A stretch of DNA of 64,000 nucleotides from an uncultured Granulicatella sp. (lineage in GTDB: Bacteria > Bacillota > Bacilli > Lactobacillales > Aerococcaceae): contig NZ_CALHIF010000039.1 of assembly GCF_938030755.1 (NCBI RefSeq), positions 28,274-92,273 of the forward strand, written 5' to 3'. A program made the position numbers and the translations under genes. Under the pieces are notes generated by a model that was not told the DNA's origin, ran no database searches, and saw nothing but the letters and a program-made list of their open reading frames with translations. Below, piece by piece: positions 8,725-17,557 of the stretch; the first letter of the stretch is position 1, and the number at the start of each line of letters is the position of its first letter.

Positions 8725-9153
8725 ATGGAAAAAACTATTTACACTACAACAGCTGTGAACGTAGATGGATTAAATGGGAAATCGTTTATTGAGGGAAATG
8801 GTGAAAAAAACTGGGGAGTGGATATTTCATCTCCTTTAAGCGAAAAAAAAGGAACCAATCCTGAGCAATTATTTGCGTTGGCGTATGCAACTTGTCTAAA
8901 CGCTTCCATTGGCATTGTTGAAAAAGGTTTGAATCTAGAACATGAATGTAGAGTCGAAGTGAAAGTGGATTTAACAAAAGATCCTGTTGGAGAAGGGTAT
9001 TTATTCTTGCCATCTGTCCGAGTTTTTATGCCAACAAGGGAAGATAAATTAGCGAAAGAAATTCTAGAGGCTGCTGAACGTGTATGTCCTATTCAAAAAC
9101 TATTACAAGGAGTCAATGTTCCTCCGGTGGAATTAGTAACAGAGAATGGGTAA
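8725..9153 (+). CDS. OsmC/Ohr-family peroxiredoxin (organic hydroperoxide resistance-like)
   Basis: ~142 aa with two conserved Cys contexts (LAYATCLNAS and AERVCPIQK) typical of Ohr/OsmC. ATG 8725 follows AGGGGTG. The track N-terminal extension overlaps the mgtA terminator. Confidence 0.75.
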   Translation: MEKTIYTTTAVNVDGLNGKSFIEGNGEKNWGVDISSPLSEKKGTNPEQLFALAYATCLNASIGIVEKGLNLEHECRVEVKVDLTKDPVGEGYLFLPSVRVFMPTREDKLAKEILEAAERVCPIQKLLQGVNVPPVELVTENG

Positions 9154-9706
9154 TACGAATATAAGAGTTGCAACAGTAGAAGATGCTCATTCTATTCAAG
9201 CAATTTATGAACCGTATGTCCTGAAGACGGCCATAACATTTGAAGAAGTAGTCCCTAGTATAGAGGAATTTCAAAATCGAATTGCTAACACATTGGAGTC
9301 TTTTCCTTATCTAGTTTTAGAGGAGGGAGAAGAGATTGTTGGTTATGCATATGCTGGAAGGTTTTCTCAAAGGGCAGCATTTGACTGGTCAACGGAGGTT
9401 AGTATTTATATCAGCCTCGAACATCAAAGAAAAGGTTTTGGCAAGTTATTATATACAGAACTTGAAAAACAACTATTGAAATTAGGCTATCAAAACATAT
9501 ACGCTTGTGTAGCGGTGCCGGAAGTGGAGGATGAGTATTTAACGAATAATAGCTTATCCTATCACCAATATTTAGGGTTTAACGAATGTGGACGTTTTGA
9601 AAATTGTGGTTGCAAATTTAATCGGTGGTATCATATTGTGTGGCTACAAAAACATGCTGCTAAGAAAATTCCCGCAGATCGTCCAAAAAGGTTTGAAGGA
9701 TTATAA
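9146..9706 (+). CDS. GNAT N-acetyltransferase (phosphinothricin/MnaT-like subfamily)
   Basis: IRVATVEDAHSIQAIYEPYV... N-terminus and a QRKGFGKLLY acetyl-CoA loop. 8-nt overlap with the upstream gene. Confidence 0.75.
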   Translation: MGNTNIRVATVEDAHSIQAIYEPYVLKTAITFEEVVPSIEEFQNRIANTLESFPYLVLEEGEEIVGYAYAGRFSQRAAFDWSTEVSIYISLEHQRKGFGKLLYTELEKQLLKLGYQNIYACVAVPEVEDEYLTNNSLSYHQYLGFNECGRFENCGCKFNRWYHIVWLQKHAAKKIPADRPKRFEGL

Positions 9707-9708
9707 AA

Positions 9709-9745
9709 CAAAACCACATCAACAAATTTGTTGATGTGGTTTTAA
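9709..9745. terminator. Bidirectional terminator between convergent genes
   Basis: 13-bp perfect stem AAACCACATCAAC (9711-9723) / GTTGATGTGGTTT (9730-9742), A-run before and T-run after. Confidence 0.8.
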
Positions 9746-9746
9746 T

Positions 9747-11207
9747 TTATCTAAAATGATTGATTTTTTGTTTAAAGAATACCCAGCAGCATTTATAGGA
9801 TTCCTCGTTCATTTTTAGCTTACTGTACAATTGATATTTCGGTCTCCACCAACGAAGTTTGCCTCCAGAAAAATGTTCTAAAAACTCTGAAAAAGGGTGG
9901 TCATAAGGTTCCTTTGGTAAACCACTACAAAATATAGAAAAATACCCGGATAGTTTACCAAATGCTACTCCTATTTCTCCTTTTGTCCAATTGGAGTGTC
10001 TCAAGACGCCCTCGACATGAGAATGAGGAGTTTTATTTAAATAATGTTCAATACGCATGTTCCATTGATGTGATAGATCGAGAGAATCAAATTGTTTATC
10101 AAACCATTCTTCTTCAATTTCTAGTTCGATGAAATATTTTAGCATTTCCTGGAGGGGTTGATAACTTTCAATACTATTATGAACTTTATTTGTTTTAAAG
10201 TAATGGAAAGTCAGTTCTTCATGAATCTTTTCAAGAAAGGTAGGATCCCCGTTTTTTTCTGGGAAAATTCTATTGACGATTACTTTTGTAAGACTATCTG
10301 TTAATAAGGGAAGTAGTGTACAAAAGCCAATAATGGAGTGTTTCATAAATCTTTGTTCTGTTTCACTTTTATCATCTGTTGTAGCTGAATGATTATAATC
10401 TAATATAAAAACTTCTCCTAGTAATTTTAGACATTGGTTTAGAGCACTAACAAAGTCCGTAAATATTCCTAAATTAAGATAAATCGTCTCTTCGTTTTGG
10501 TAGATGGTTGGAAAAGGATTTGGACCGAAATTAATAAGAATGGTTTGTTTCGAGATAACAGATTGTGCTATGCGAATAATATCGTATAAAACGGTCATAG
10601 TATCCTCTTTACTTAAATTTAAGTGTTGAATTGGAATGTATTCACTTGGAAAGGTTTCTATATAATCTCTATACAAACGTAAAAAAGAAGCTTTACTCTC
10701 TTTAATATGCTGATAATAAAATTCAGTAAGTTCTACGCCATATATGGATTTGAGAACATCCATATATTTCACTTCTTTCATGTTTAATTGTTTTTGATAT
10801 TTTAAATGGAAAAATTCTCTTAGAAGATTTAAGTACGGGAATAAAGTAATGATGCTTTCTCCACGAAGTCCCTTAATCCACAGTGCCGTTAATGTGTACA
10901 AAGCCTCAGAATAAGGCTTATGAAAACAGTGAGTAGAAAACTGATGACGAAGATAATAATCATTCAATTTTTGAAATTGTTTTTGTTGCTGGATAGAAAG
11001 CGTATGAGAAAAATCTTCAAAATGATGGATTAAAAAAGTAGCTTCACTAGAACTAATTAAATACTCAATAATTTCTTCAAATGCCTTATTATAAGGATTA
11101 GGATCTGGAGAAAATAAATTATAGAAAAAATAATACTTTTGTTGTTGCTCCTCAAGTAATTCAATCTGTTTCACTAACAAACTTAAATCCTGCGTATAAC
11201 GTTCCAT
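9747..11207 (-). CDS. Hypothetical 486-aa cytoplasmic protein (orphan, AT-rich)
   Basis: Long uninterrupted ORF with strong RBS AAGGAGGG, and its own terminator and upstream region. No signal peptide or TM helix, and no catalytic motif I can recognise. Confidence 0.7.
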   Translation of the reverse strand: MERYTQDLSLLVKQIELLEEQQQKYYFFYNLFSPDPNPYNKAFEEIIEYLISSSEATFLIHHFEDFSHTLSIQQQKQFQKLNDYYLRHQFSTHCFHKPYSEALYTLTALWIKGLRGESIITLFPYLNLLREFFHLKYQKQLNMKEVKYMDVLKSIYGVELTEFYYQHIKESKASFLRLYRDYIETFPSEYIPIQHLNLSKEDTMTVLYDIIRIAQSVISKQTILINFGPNPFPTIYQNEETIYLNLGIFTDFVSALNQCLKLLGEVFILDYNHSATTDDKSETEQRFMKHSIIGFCTLLPLLTDSLTKVIVNRIFPEKNGDPTFLEKIHEELTFHYFKTNKVHNSIESYQPLQEMLKYFIELEIEEEWFDKQFDSLDLSHQWNMRIEHYLNKTPHSHVEGVLRHSNWTKGEIGVAFGKLSGYFSIFCSGLPKEPYDHPFSEFLEHFSGGKLRWWRPKYQLYSKLKMNEESYKCCWVFFKQKINHFR

Positions 11208-11386
11208 TGTATTACCCTCCTTAAAGCTCTTTTTCTTTTATTGTAACGCTTACATTTTTAGTCGTCAATATGAATATTTATCTATTTTTTAGTTAATATT
11301 TGTCGAATTTAAGATTTTTAAAATAGACTTGACTTAGGTGGGAGTGTCTTTCATAATGGAGAAAGTTTAAGAGAAGGAGAGGTTTT

Positions 11387-11869
11387 ATGTCTAAAAAAAC
11401 TAAAGGAACAATTGCGATTACTTTGGCAATTGCAGCGATGGTTCTAATATTTGTTAGTTCTAGTATGTCCTACAAAGATCAATCCTTAGTATCGACGATT
11501 CAAAAGGGATTGCCCTCTCAACCATTTTCAGAATTGCTTTCAAAGATTAAGTTTGAATATGCGGGACAAACGATTAGTATTCCTTCATTAGGCTATGCTC
11601 AATTCGTTGAATTTTTTATTCGCAAAATAACCCATTTTTTAGCCTACTTTTTTATTGGCTACCAATGGACAAGAGGATTAACTGTTCATGTTCGAAAGAA
11701 AGGACTCCCTCAATTTTTAGCTATTTTTATAACTGTTTTATATGCAATTACTGATGAATTCCATCAAGGAATCACACCTGGAAGAACTCCTTTAATTCAA
11801 GATGTGTTTATTGATGCGTTAGGCGCGATGTTCGGTGTCGGTTTAGGAACTTTGAAGAAGATTAAATAG
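11387..11869 (+). CDS. VanZ-like family membrane protein
   Basis: Four TM helices and a DEFHQGITPGRTPLIQDVFIDALGAMFG motif characteristic of VanZ-like proteins. RBS GAAGGAGAGG. Confidence 0.75.
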   Translation: MSKKTKGTIAITLAIAAMVLIFVSSSMSYKDQSLVSTIQKGLPSQPFSELLSKIKFEYAGQTISIPSLGYAQFVEFFIRKITHFLAYFFIGYQWTRGLTVHVRKKGLPQFLAIFITVLYAITDEFHQGITPGRTPLIQDVFIDALGAMFGVGLGTLKKIK

Positions 11870-11873
11870 AGAG

Positions 11874-11907
11874 AAAAACGTTGAAGAAACTCTTCAACGT
11901 TTTTTTA
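11874..11907 (+). terminator. Rho-independent terminator
   Basis: Stem ACGTTGAAGA / TCTTCAACGT (10 bp perfect, extended by A/T pairs) plus T7. Confidence 0.8.
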
Positions 11908-11975
11908 TTTTGAGGGGCTTTTTCATTCCTTTTTGCATAGCTCATTATGACTAGTCAAAGAGTGGAGGAAGAGAT

Positions 11976-13046
11976 ATGGAAATGAATGAATTAGCCGAGG
12001 AAATCTTTAAACAAGCTATTTCCCACCAATTGGATGATATTCATTTATTGCCCATTGGAGAGGAGTATGTATTTTATTTAAGAGATGTTAATGGTTTAAA
12101 AGAGCTAAGGAAAGTTTCAACGAAGATTGCTGAACAGTTTATTTCATATTTGAAATATCAAGCGGGGATGGATGTTGGGGAGAGAAGACGACCTCAAAGT
12201 GGATCACTGACTTTTGAATTTTCAGCGCATCAAATCATTGAGTTACGTATATCTATTATTACTAATTTTAAGCAAAAAGAATCAATGGTCATTCGACTAT
12301 TACATCGTTCCCAAAAAGAGAATTCTTCTATTCAAGCGACAATCTACTTTCCAAAGGATTGGAGATTATTAGAACAGTTTTTTAGATATAAAAGTGGACT
12401 AATTCTATTTTCTGGTCCTATTAGTTCGGGAAAAACAAGTACCATGTATTCTTTACTTAGGGAAAGAATGAATGAAAAGACGTTACAAGTCATTACAATG
12501 GAGGATCCAGTTGAATATCATGAACCTATGTTTCTTCAGACGGAAATTAATGAAAAAGCTGGGATTACTTACGAACTTTTAATTAAAAGCTGTTTAAGAC
12601 ATCATCCAGATATTCTTCTCATTGGGGAAATTAGAGATGAAATGACCGCAAAGATGGCTATTCGAGCTGCCTTAACAGGTCATCTAATTTTAGCGACGGT
12701 GCATGCAAAAGATTGTAATGGTGTCATCTCTAGACTAATAGAACTTGGAGTTAGTAAGACGATGTTAGAACAAACGATTATCGCAATTTGCTCACAACGT
12801 TTACTTCCAAGATACTGCGCCCTGTGTCATCAAGAATGCCAAATCTATTGTAATCACTTAGCGAATGGAGAAAAAAGAGGAACGATTTTTGAAATTGAAA
12901 CGAATCGTAAAATTTCGGACTTTTTAAACAAGAATCAGTTTGAAAGAGACGAGGAAAGGATTCATCCTTTTAATAAGGTGTTAAGAAAGGCTTATGCATT
13001 GGGATATATTACTGAAAAAACTTACGAAACCTATCAAATTATCTAA
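11976..13046 (+). CDS. comGA: Competence pseudopilus assembly ATPase ComGA
   Basis: Walker A GPISSGKTST, Asp/Walker B ILLIGEIRD and His box GHLILATVHA of GspE/PilB-type ATPases. First gene of a comG-type operon. RBS GGAGGAAG. Confidence 0.9.
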   Translation: MEMNELAEEIFKQAISHQLDDIHLLPIGEEYVFYLRDVNGLKELRKVSTKIAEQFISYLKYQAGMDVGERRRPQSGSLTFEFSAHQIIELRISIITNFKQKESMVIRLLHRSQKENSSIQATIYFPKDWRLLEQFFRYKSGLILFSGPISSGKTSTMYSLLRERMNEKTLQVITMEDPVEYHEPMFLQTEINEKAGITYELLIKSCLRHHPDILLIGEIRDEMTAKMAIRAALTGHLILATVHAKDCNGVISRLIELGVSKTMLEQTIIAICSQRLLPRYCALCHQECQIYCNHLANGEKRGTIFEIETNRKISDFLNKNQFERDEERIHPFNKVLRKAYALGYITEKTYETYQII

Positions 13047-14064
13047 GAAATGGAAAGCGGACATACAAGCTAGATTCATACTTCAATTGTCTCATCTATT
13101 ACAAGAAGGGTTTAGTTTAGATGAGTCCTTAAAATTTTTAGAGTATTTATTTGATGCACAGAAAAGTCAGATAGAACAGATGAGAAAATTATTGAGTGAA
13201 GGATATCGGTTTGATCAATGTTTGAGAGAGATTGGATTTTCAGAAACTCATACTTCTCAAATTTATTTATCAATGCAATTTGGAAGCTTTGAGAAAGCTT
13301 GTAATTCTATTGGAGAATTTTTAATGCGGAAACAAAAACAAAAGAAAAAAATACATCAAACAATGATTTATCCAGCCTTCCTTTTTATATTTGTCATTGG
13401 GATGATTCTTTGTATCCGAGTGTTATTACTTGATCAGTTAGGCAGTATGATTCAAGAGGAACAATTAAAACAAAGTGGATTTCTATATTGGATATGGCTG
13501 TGGTTCCAGAATTTACCGCAAATCTCTCTCATTATATTAGGAGTTGGAATGACATTCTCTCTTCTTATTTATTCTTTTTGGAAACAAAAGGATTCGTATC
13601 ATCAATTTCTAAGTCTGATTCATTTCCCGATTGTTGGGCAGAGTGTTCAACAATATGTCACCTTTTTGTATGCAAGAGAATTTTCTTATTTTTTAAGGAA
13701 TGGACAATCTCTTTTAACCATGGTTGCAGAAATGAAGAAGGATGGAACGAGTAACCTTTCAAAAATCCTTGCTGAAAAAATTGAACAAAAACTAGTCCGA
13801 GGAGAATCTTTCTCGGGTGCGCTTGAGAAAATAGGGCTATTTCGAAAAGAATTTATTTGGCTTGTATTAGAAGGAGAGAAGACTAGACAGTTAGATGTCC
13901 AACTAAAGGTTTACGCTGATCAAATGCTTGAAGAATTTTCAAAAGGAATCGAAAAGAAAATCAAATGGATACAACCAATACTCCTAATGGGAATTGGGTT
14001 TCTCATCGTTTCCATGTATCTCATCTTATTACTACCGACTTTAACTATGATTGGAGGATATTAA
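12994..14064 (+). CDS. comGB: Competence pseudopilus platform protein ComGB (GspF family)
   Basis: Two GspF-like repeats with three TM segments. The N-terminus ...LLQEGFSLDESLKFLE is typical of ComGB. ATG 12994 is the only ATG upstream of the conserved N-terminal block, which gives a 53-nt overlap with comGA. Confidence 0.8.
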   Translation: MHWDILLKKLTKPIKLSKKWKADIQARFILQLSHLLQEGFSLDESLKFLEYLFDAQKSQIEQMRKLLSEGYRFDQCLREIGFSETHTSQIYLSMQFGSFEKACNSIGEFLMRKQKQKKKIHQTMIYPAFLFIFVIGMILCIRVLLLDQLGSMIQEEQLKQSGFLYWIWLWFQNLPQISLIILGVGMTFSLLIYSFWKQKDSYHQFLSLIHFPIVGQSVQQYVTFLYAREFSYFLRNGQSLLTMVAEMKKDGTSNLSKILAEKIEQKLVRGESFSGALEKIGLFRKEFIWLVLEGEKTRQLDVQLKVYADQMLEEFSKGIEKKIKWIQPILLMGIGFLIVSMYLILLLPTLTMIGGY

Positions 14065-14065
14065 A

Positions 14066-14365
14066 ATGAAAACAAAGAAAAAAGGCTTCACATTAATTGA
14101 ATTACTCGTGTGCCTCTTTATTATTGGTTTGATGATGCTACTGATTATTCCGAATATTGCACAACAAAGAAAGACTGCACAAGAGAAAGCTGACGAAGCA
14201 ATTGTGAATGTAGTCAAGACTCAACAACAATCGTATATGCTGCAAAATAATACAAAAGAAGTTCCGACGGTAGAAGAATTGCTTAACAAAAAGTATATTG
14301 ATCAAAAACAAATGGAAGCTTATAAAAAGGTAGATCCTAAGCTTATCACGCCTGATGCTCAATAA
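14066..14365 (+). CDS. comGC: Major competence pseudopilin ComGC
   Basis: Class III prepilin leader MKTKKKG|FTLIELLV. ATG 14066 follows RBS GGAGGA. Confidence 0.9.
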   Translation: MKTKKKGFTLIELLVCLFIIGLMMLLIIPNIAQQRKTAQEKADEAIVNVVKTQQQSYMLQNNTKEVPTVEELLNKKYIDQKQMEAYKKVDPKLITPDAQ

Positions 14366-14367
14366 TT

Positions 14368-14796
14368 ATGAAGAAAAGAGCATTTACGCTTGTTGAATGC
14401 TTAATATCGCTGGCGATTGCTTGTTTCTTAGTGATACTGACTCCGCCTTTGATTAGTCAGTCATATGTGAATTGGAAGGAAGAAGTATTTCTTAGAGAGT
14501 TTGAGCAAGTGATGGATACAGCACAGATTACAGCTATTTCAACGGGCAAAGGTTCATTTGTGACAGTTTCGGGTGGCCTAGTGGAATTAAATTGTCATGG
14601 AGCTAGAGAGTTGGATAGGAAGATTCGTTTTCCAGAAACAATGAAGAGTTATTCTATCCAAACATATAGTTTTAAACCTTATAGTGGGAATGTAAGTCAG
14701 TTTTCATCAGTGACTTTTGATGGGCAGAATCGCAGATACACTTATGTTTTTCAATTAGGGGAGGCTAAGTACCATGTTGAAATTACCAACAAGTAG
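14368..14796 (+). CDS. comGD: Minor competence pseudopilin ComGD
   Basis: Prepilin-like N-terminus MKKRAFTLVECLISL. Operon position. Confidence 0.8.
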   Translation: MKKRAFTLVECLISLAIACFLVILTPPLISQSYVNWKEEVFLREFEQVMDTAQITAISTGKGSFVTVSGGLVELNCHGARELDRKIRFPETMKSYSIQTYSFKPYSGNVSQFSSVTFDGQNRRYTYVFQLGEAKYHVEITNK

Positions 14797-15139
14797 AGGA
14801 TATGTATTGCTTGAAGCGTTAATAGGGCTGATGGTTTTATCGGTTATTGTCTCCTTAATTAGTTTTACGGTAGGGCAACTGTACCGCCGGCAACAACTAA
14901 AAGGATGCTTTTTGGATGCAGCATCTACACAGCTAATGGATTTACAAGCTAGCGCTACGTATCCTATAGCTTTAGATAAATTACCAAATGAAGAGTTTCA
15001 AAAGATGAAAAAAGTTACACTAGAAAAAGTAAATTCAACAGGCTCGCCAACAATAGTAACAGTATCTTGTGGAGAACATAAGGAGGTGTTCCGAATCAAT
15101 GCAATTACCGAGAAAAAGGTCCGGATTTCTTCTCATTGA
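14774..15139 (+). CDS. comGE: Minor competence pseudopilin ComGE
   Basis: N-terminus ...SRGYVLLEALIGLMVL (degenerate prepilin motif). Overlaps comGD. Operon position. Confidence 0.7.
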   Translation: MLKLPTSRGYVLLEALIGLMVLSVIVSLISFTVGQLYRRQQLKGCFLDAASTQLMDLQASATYPIALDKLPNEEFQKMKKVTLEKVNSTGSPTIVTVSCGEHKEVFRINAITEKKVRISSH

Positions 15140-15611
15140 ACACCTCTTGGCTCTTGTCATTATCTCTATTAGTTTAGTGGCATTTATGGGACTTTGCACA
15201 GCGTTTTTAAAAATCAAAGATCGACTCAATGTTCCTGATGATATTAAATGGCATGTAGCAGTACAACAGATGAATTATAATTATGCTGGATATAGACTGA
15301 AGTCATTTAACGGCTACAATCCTTATATTGCATATTTTGAAAACATGACATCTGAGAAAACAGAGGTGATTACATTAGTTTCTAGTTGGAGGGACGGAGG
15401 AAAGATTTATAAAGGATCAGGAGGAAGTGGAGGACACCAACCATTTCTCTACGGCATTCACTCCTTATCCATTCAAAGAAATGGTAGCAGATTATTGATG
15501 TCACCAACTCTGAATCAAGGGAATACTTTTCGATTAAATTTTGCACCAAAGAATCGTGTTATTTACATCAAAGTGAAAGAGGTAAAGGAAAAGAAAAATG
15601 ACAAACCCTAA
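15099..15611 (+). CDS. comGF: Minor competence pseudopilin ComGF
   Basis: MQLPRKRSGFLLIEHLLALVI prepilin-like N-terminus. Alternative start at 15069. Operon position. Confidence 0.7.
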   Translation: MQLPRKRSGFLLIEHLLALVIISISLVAFMGLCTAFLKIKDRLNVPDDIKWHVAVQQMNYNYAGYRLKSFNGYNPYIAYFENMTSEKTEVITLVSSWRDGGKIYKGSGGSGGHQPFLYGIHSLSIQRNGSRLLMSPTLNQGNTFRLNFAPKNRVIYIKVKEVKEKKNDKP

Positions 15612-15948
15612 AAGAAAAGGAACATTACTTTTTCAGTTTTTAGCACTCCTTGCTATTGCTAGTTTCCTCATCATTGCTCTATTAAGAATTCATGCCCATA
15701 ACACTCTTGAATATCGCCTTCTAGAAGATGGGTATCGAATGGATTTATTGCTCGAGATGGCGAGTCAAACAGTGCGTCAAAGGCTTTCTTTTAAAGGGGA
15801 TGAAATGACTTTTCCGGATAATATTCAATTTTCTAATGGCACAGTGAGGGTAGAATGGAACGAGAAAGCACATCAATTTATGTTAAAGGCATACCTTCCA
15901 AATGGCCACACGAAAGAAGATACACTAATTATTCAGTTTTTAAAATAA
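15598..15948 (+). CDS. comGG: Minor competence pseudopilin ComGG
   Basis: MTNPKRKGTLLFQFLALLAIASFLII hydrophobic N-terminus. Last gene of the operon and overlaps comGF. Confidence 0.7.
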   Translation: MTNPKRKGTLLFQFLALLAIASFLIIALLRIHAHNTLEYRLLEDGYRMDLLLEMASQTVRQRLSFKGDEMTFPDNIQFSNGTVRVEWNEKAHQFMLKAYLPNGHTKEDTLIIQFLK

Positions 15949-16034
15949 ACTAAACGCTAGATAGCAACTTCTTTTGTTTTTTTCATTTTCAAGATATGGT
16001 ATACTTTTCAATGAGAAAATGAAAAGATGGTGAA

Positions 16035-16880
16035 ATGATGACACAAACAATCGGAGAAATTTTAAAAAGTGCAAGGCAATTAAAAGGATATACTCTTGAT
16101 GACTTGCAACAAATTACAAAAATTCAAAAACGTTATTTAATTGCAATTGAAGATAATGATTTTGACTTGATGCCAGGTGCTTTTTATACACGTGCGTTCA
16201 TTAAACAGATTGCGGACACAGTTGGTTTAGACGGTGCAGCTTTATTAGAAGAACATGCATCAGAAATTCCACAAGCAATTGTTAAAACAACGACTTCTAC
16301 AACTGCTCAGACTTCAGTAACAAGTAATCGCACACGTTTAAATAAGAATAAAAGTAAATGGTCTTCAATATCAGATACTTTAAAGAATTATTTCCCTACA
16401 ATTTTATTGGGAATGTTCATAGTAGCGATTATTTTTGCTATTGGACAAGCGGTTTTAAACACTCGTAGTCAAAGAAATAATCAAGTTACCACACAAGTAA
16501 CGACTCAGCAAAGTGCTGTACAAGAAACAACGGTTGCTACTACAACAACAAAAACTCCAGAGGTTACTAGTGTAAATTACTCATACGCGAATGGGAATGC
16601 TTTATACTATACTGCTCAAGTAAGTAAATTTCCTCTAGAGGTTAAAGTGTTGAACCAAGCAAGAACAGATCTTTGGGCTCAAATCTCTGCAGATGGAACA
16701 GTTGTTGCAGATGGCGTACCAAGTACTGGGCAAACAGTTTCTGGTTCTATTCCAGAAGGAACAACAACCATTCGTATGGATTTTGGTTATACACCTTTAG
16801 GAACGATTACCGTTGGAGGAGTTGAACTAAAAATTCCAGAAGGTTCAACTGCAAATAGAATTTATATTACAGTACAATAG
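16035..16880 (+). CDS. rodZ: RodZ-like cytoskeleton-associated membrane protein (XRE HTH + TM + C-terminal domain)
   Basis: N-terminal XRE-type HTH (IGEILKSARQLKGYTLDDLQQITKIQKRYLIAIE), one TM helix, a T/Q-rich linker and a beta-rich C-terminus. Position upstream of pgsA-cinA-recA matches B. subtilis ymfM. Confidence 0.8.
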   Translation: MMTQTIGEILKSARQLKGYTLDDLQQITKIQKRYLIAIEDNDFDLMPGAFYTRAFIKQIADTVGLDGAALLEEHASEIPQAIVKTTTSTTAQTSVTSNRTRLNKNKSKWSSISDTLKNYFPTILLGMFIVAIIFAIGQAVLNTRSQRNNQVTTQVTTQQSAVQETTVATTTTKTPEVTSVNYSYANGNALYYTAQVSKFPLEVKVLNQARTDLWAQISADGTVVADGVPSTGQTVSGSIPEGTTTIRMDFGYTPLGTITVGGVELKIPEGSTANRIYITVQ

Positions 16881-16890
16881 GAGAAACTCA

Positions 16891-17484
16891 GTGAATTTAC
16901 CAAATAAATTAACCGTAATGAGAATTTTCATGATCCCGGTATTTATCGTTCTCATGAGTTTGCCAAGTGAAGCCTTCGGTGCGATGAATCTTTTAGGTTC
17001 ACAAATCAATGTTGTACACTTCTTGGCAATGATTATTTTCGCGATAGCTAGTTTTACAGATTATCTTGATGGCTATTTAGCACGCAAATACAAATTAGTA
17101 ACAAACTTTGGGAAGTTTGCAGATCCTTTAGCAGATAAAATGTTAGTGATGACGGCTTTCATCATGCTTGTTTCATTTAGTTTAGCCCCAGCATGGGTGG
17201 TTAGTATCATTGTCTGTCGTGAATTAGCAGTAACTGGTCTACGACTATTACTAGTGACTGACGGAGAAGTTATGGCCGCGGCATGGCCAGGAAAAGTGAA
17301 AACAGCTACTCAAATGTTGGCGATTATTTTTCTGTTGACGGATGATTTGTTCTTTAAGCCAATTGGCGTTCCAATTGGACAAATCTTATTATATAGTTGT
17401 TTAGTATTTACAATCTATTCAGGTTTGGATTATTTTGTAAAGAATCGACATGTATTTGCGGATTCATTTACTAAAACAGAATAA
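16891..17484 (+). CDS. pgsA: CDP-diacylglycerol--glycerol-3-phosphate 3-phosphatidyltransferase
   Basis: CDP-alcohol phosphatidyltransferase motif DGYLARKYKLVTNFGKFADPLADK. GTG start after AGGAGA. Confidence 0.9.
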   Translation: MNLPNKLTVMRIFMIPVFIVLMSLPSEAFGAMNLLGSQINVVHFLAMIIFAIASFTDYLDGYLARKYKLVTNFGKFADPLADKMLVMTAFIMLVSFSLAPAWVVSIIVCRELAVTGLRLLLVTDGEVMAAAWPGKVKTATQMLAIIFLLTDDLFFKPIGVPIGQILLYSCLVFTIYSGLDYFVKNRHVFADSFTKTE

Positions 17485-17490
17485 CAAATG

Positions 17491-17528
17491 AAGCCTGAAA
17501 CATTATTGTTTTGGGCTTTATATTTTTT
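17491..17528 (+). terminator. Probable rho-independent terminator after pgsA
   Basis: Stem AAGCCTGAAAC / GTTTTGGGCTT (two G-U pairs), followed by a T-rich tract. Confidence 0.55.
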
Positions 17529-17557
17529 ACAAAAAAGAGTGTAAGGAAGGCGAAAAA

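Noticed and set aside
12994-13046. 53-nt comGA/comGB overlap as a possible frameshift or pseudogene signal
   Set aside because: Both frames are intact with complete conserved motifs. The overlap is explained by ATG 12994 being the only ATG upstream of the conserved ComGB N-terminal block. I noted it within the comG finding rather than calling a pseudogene.
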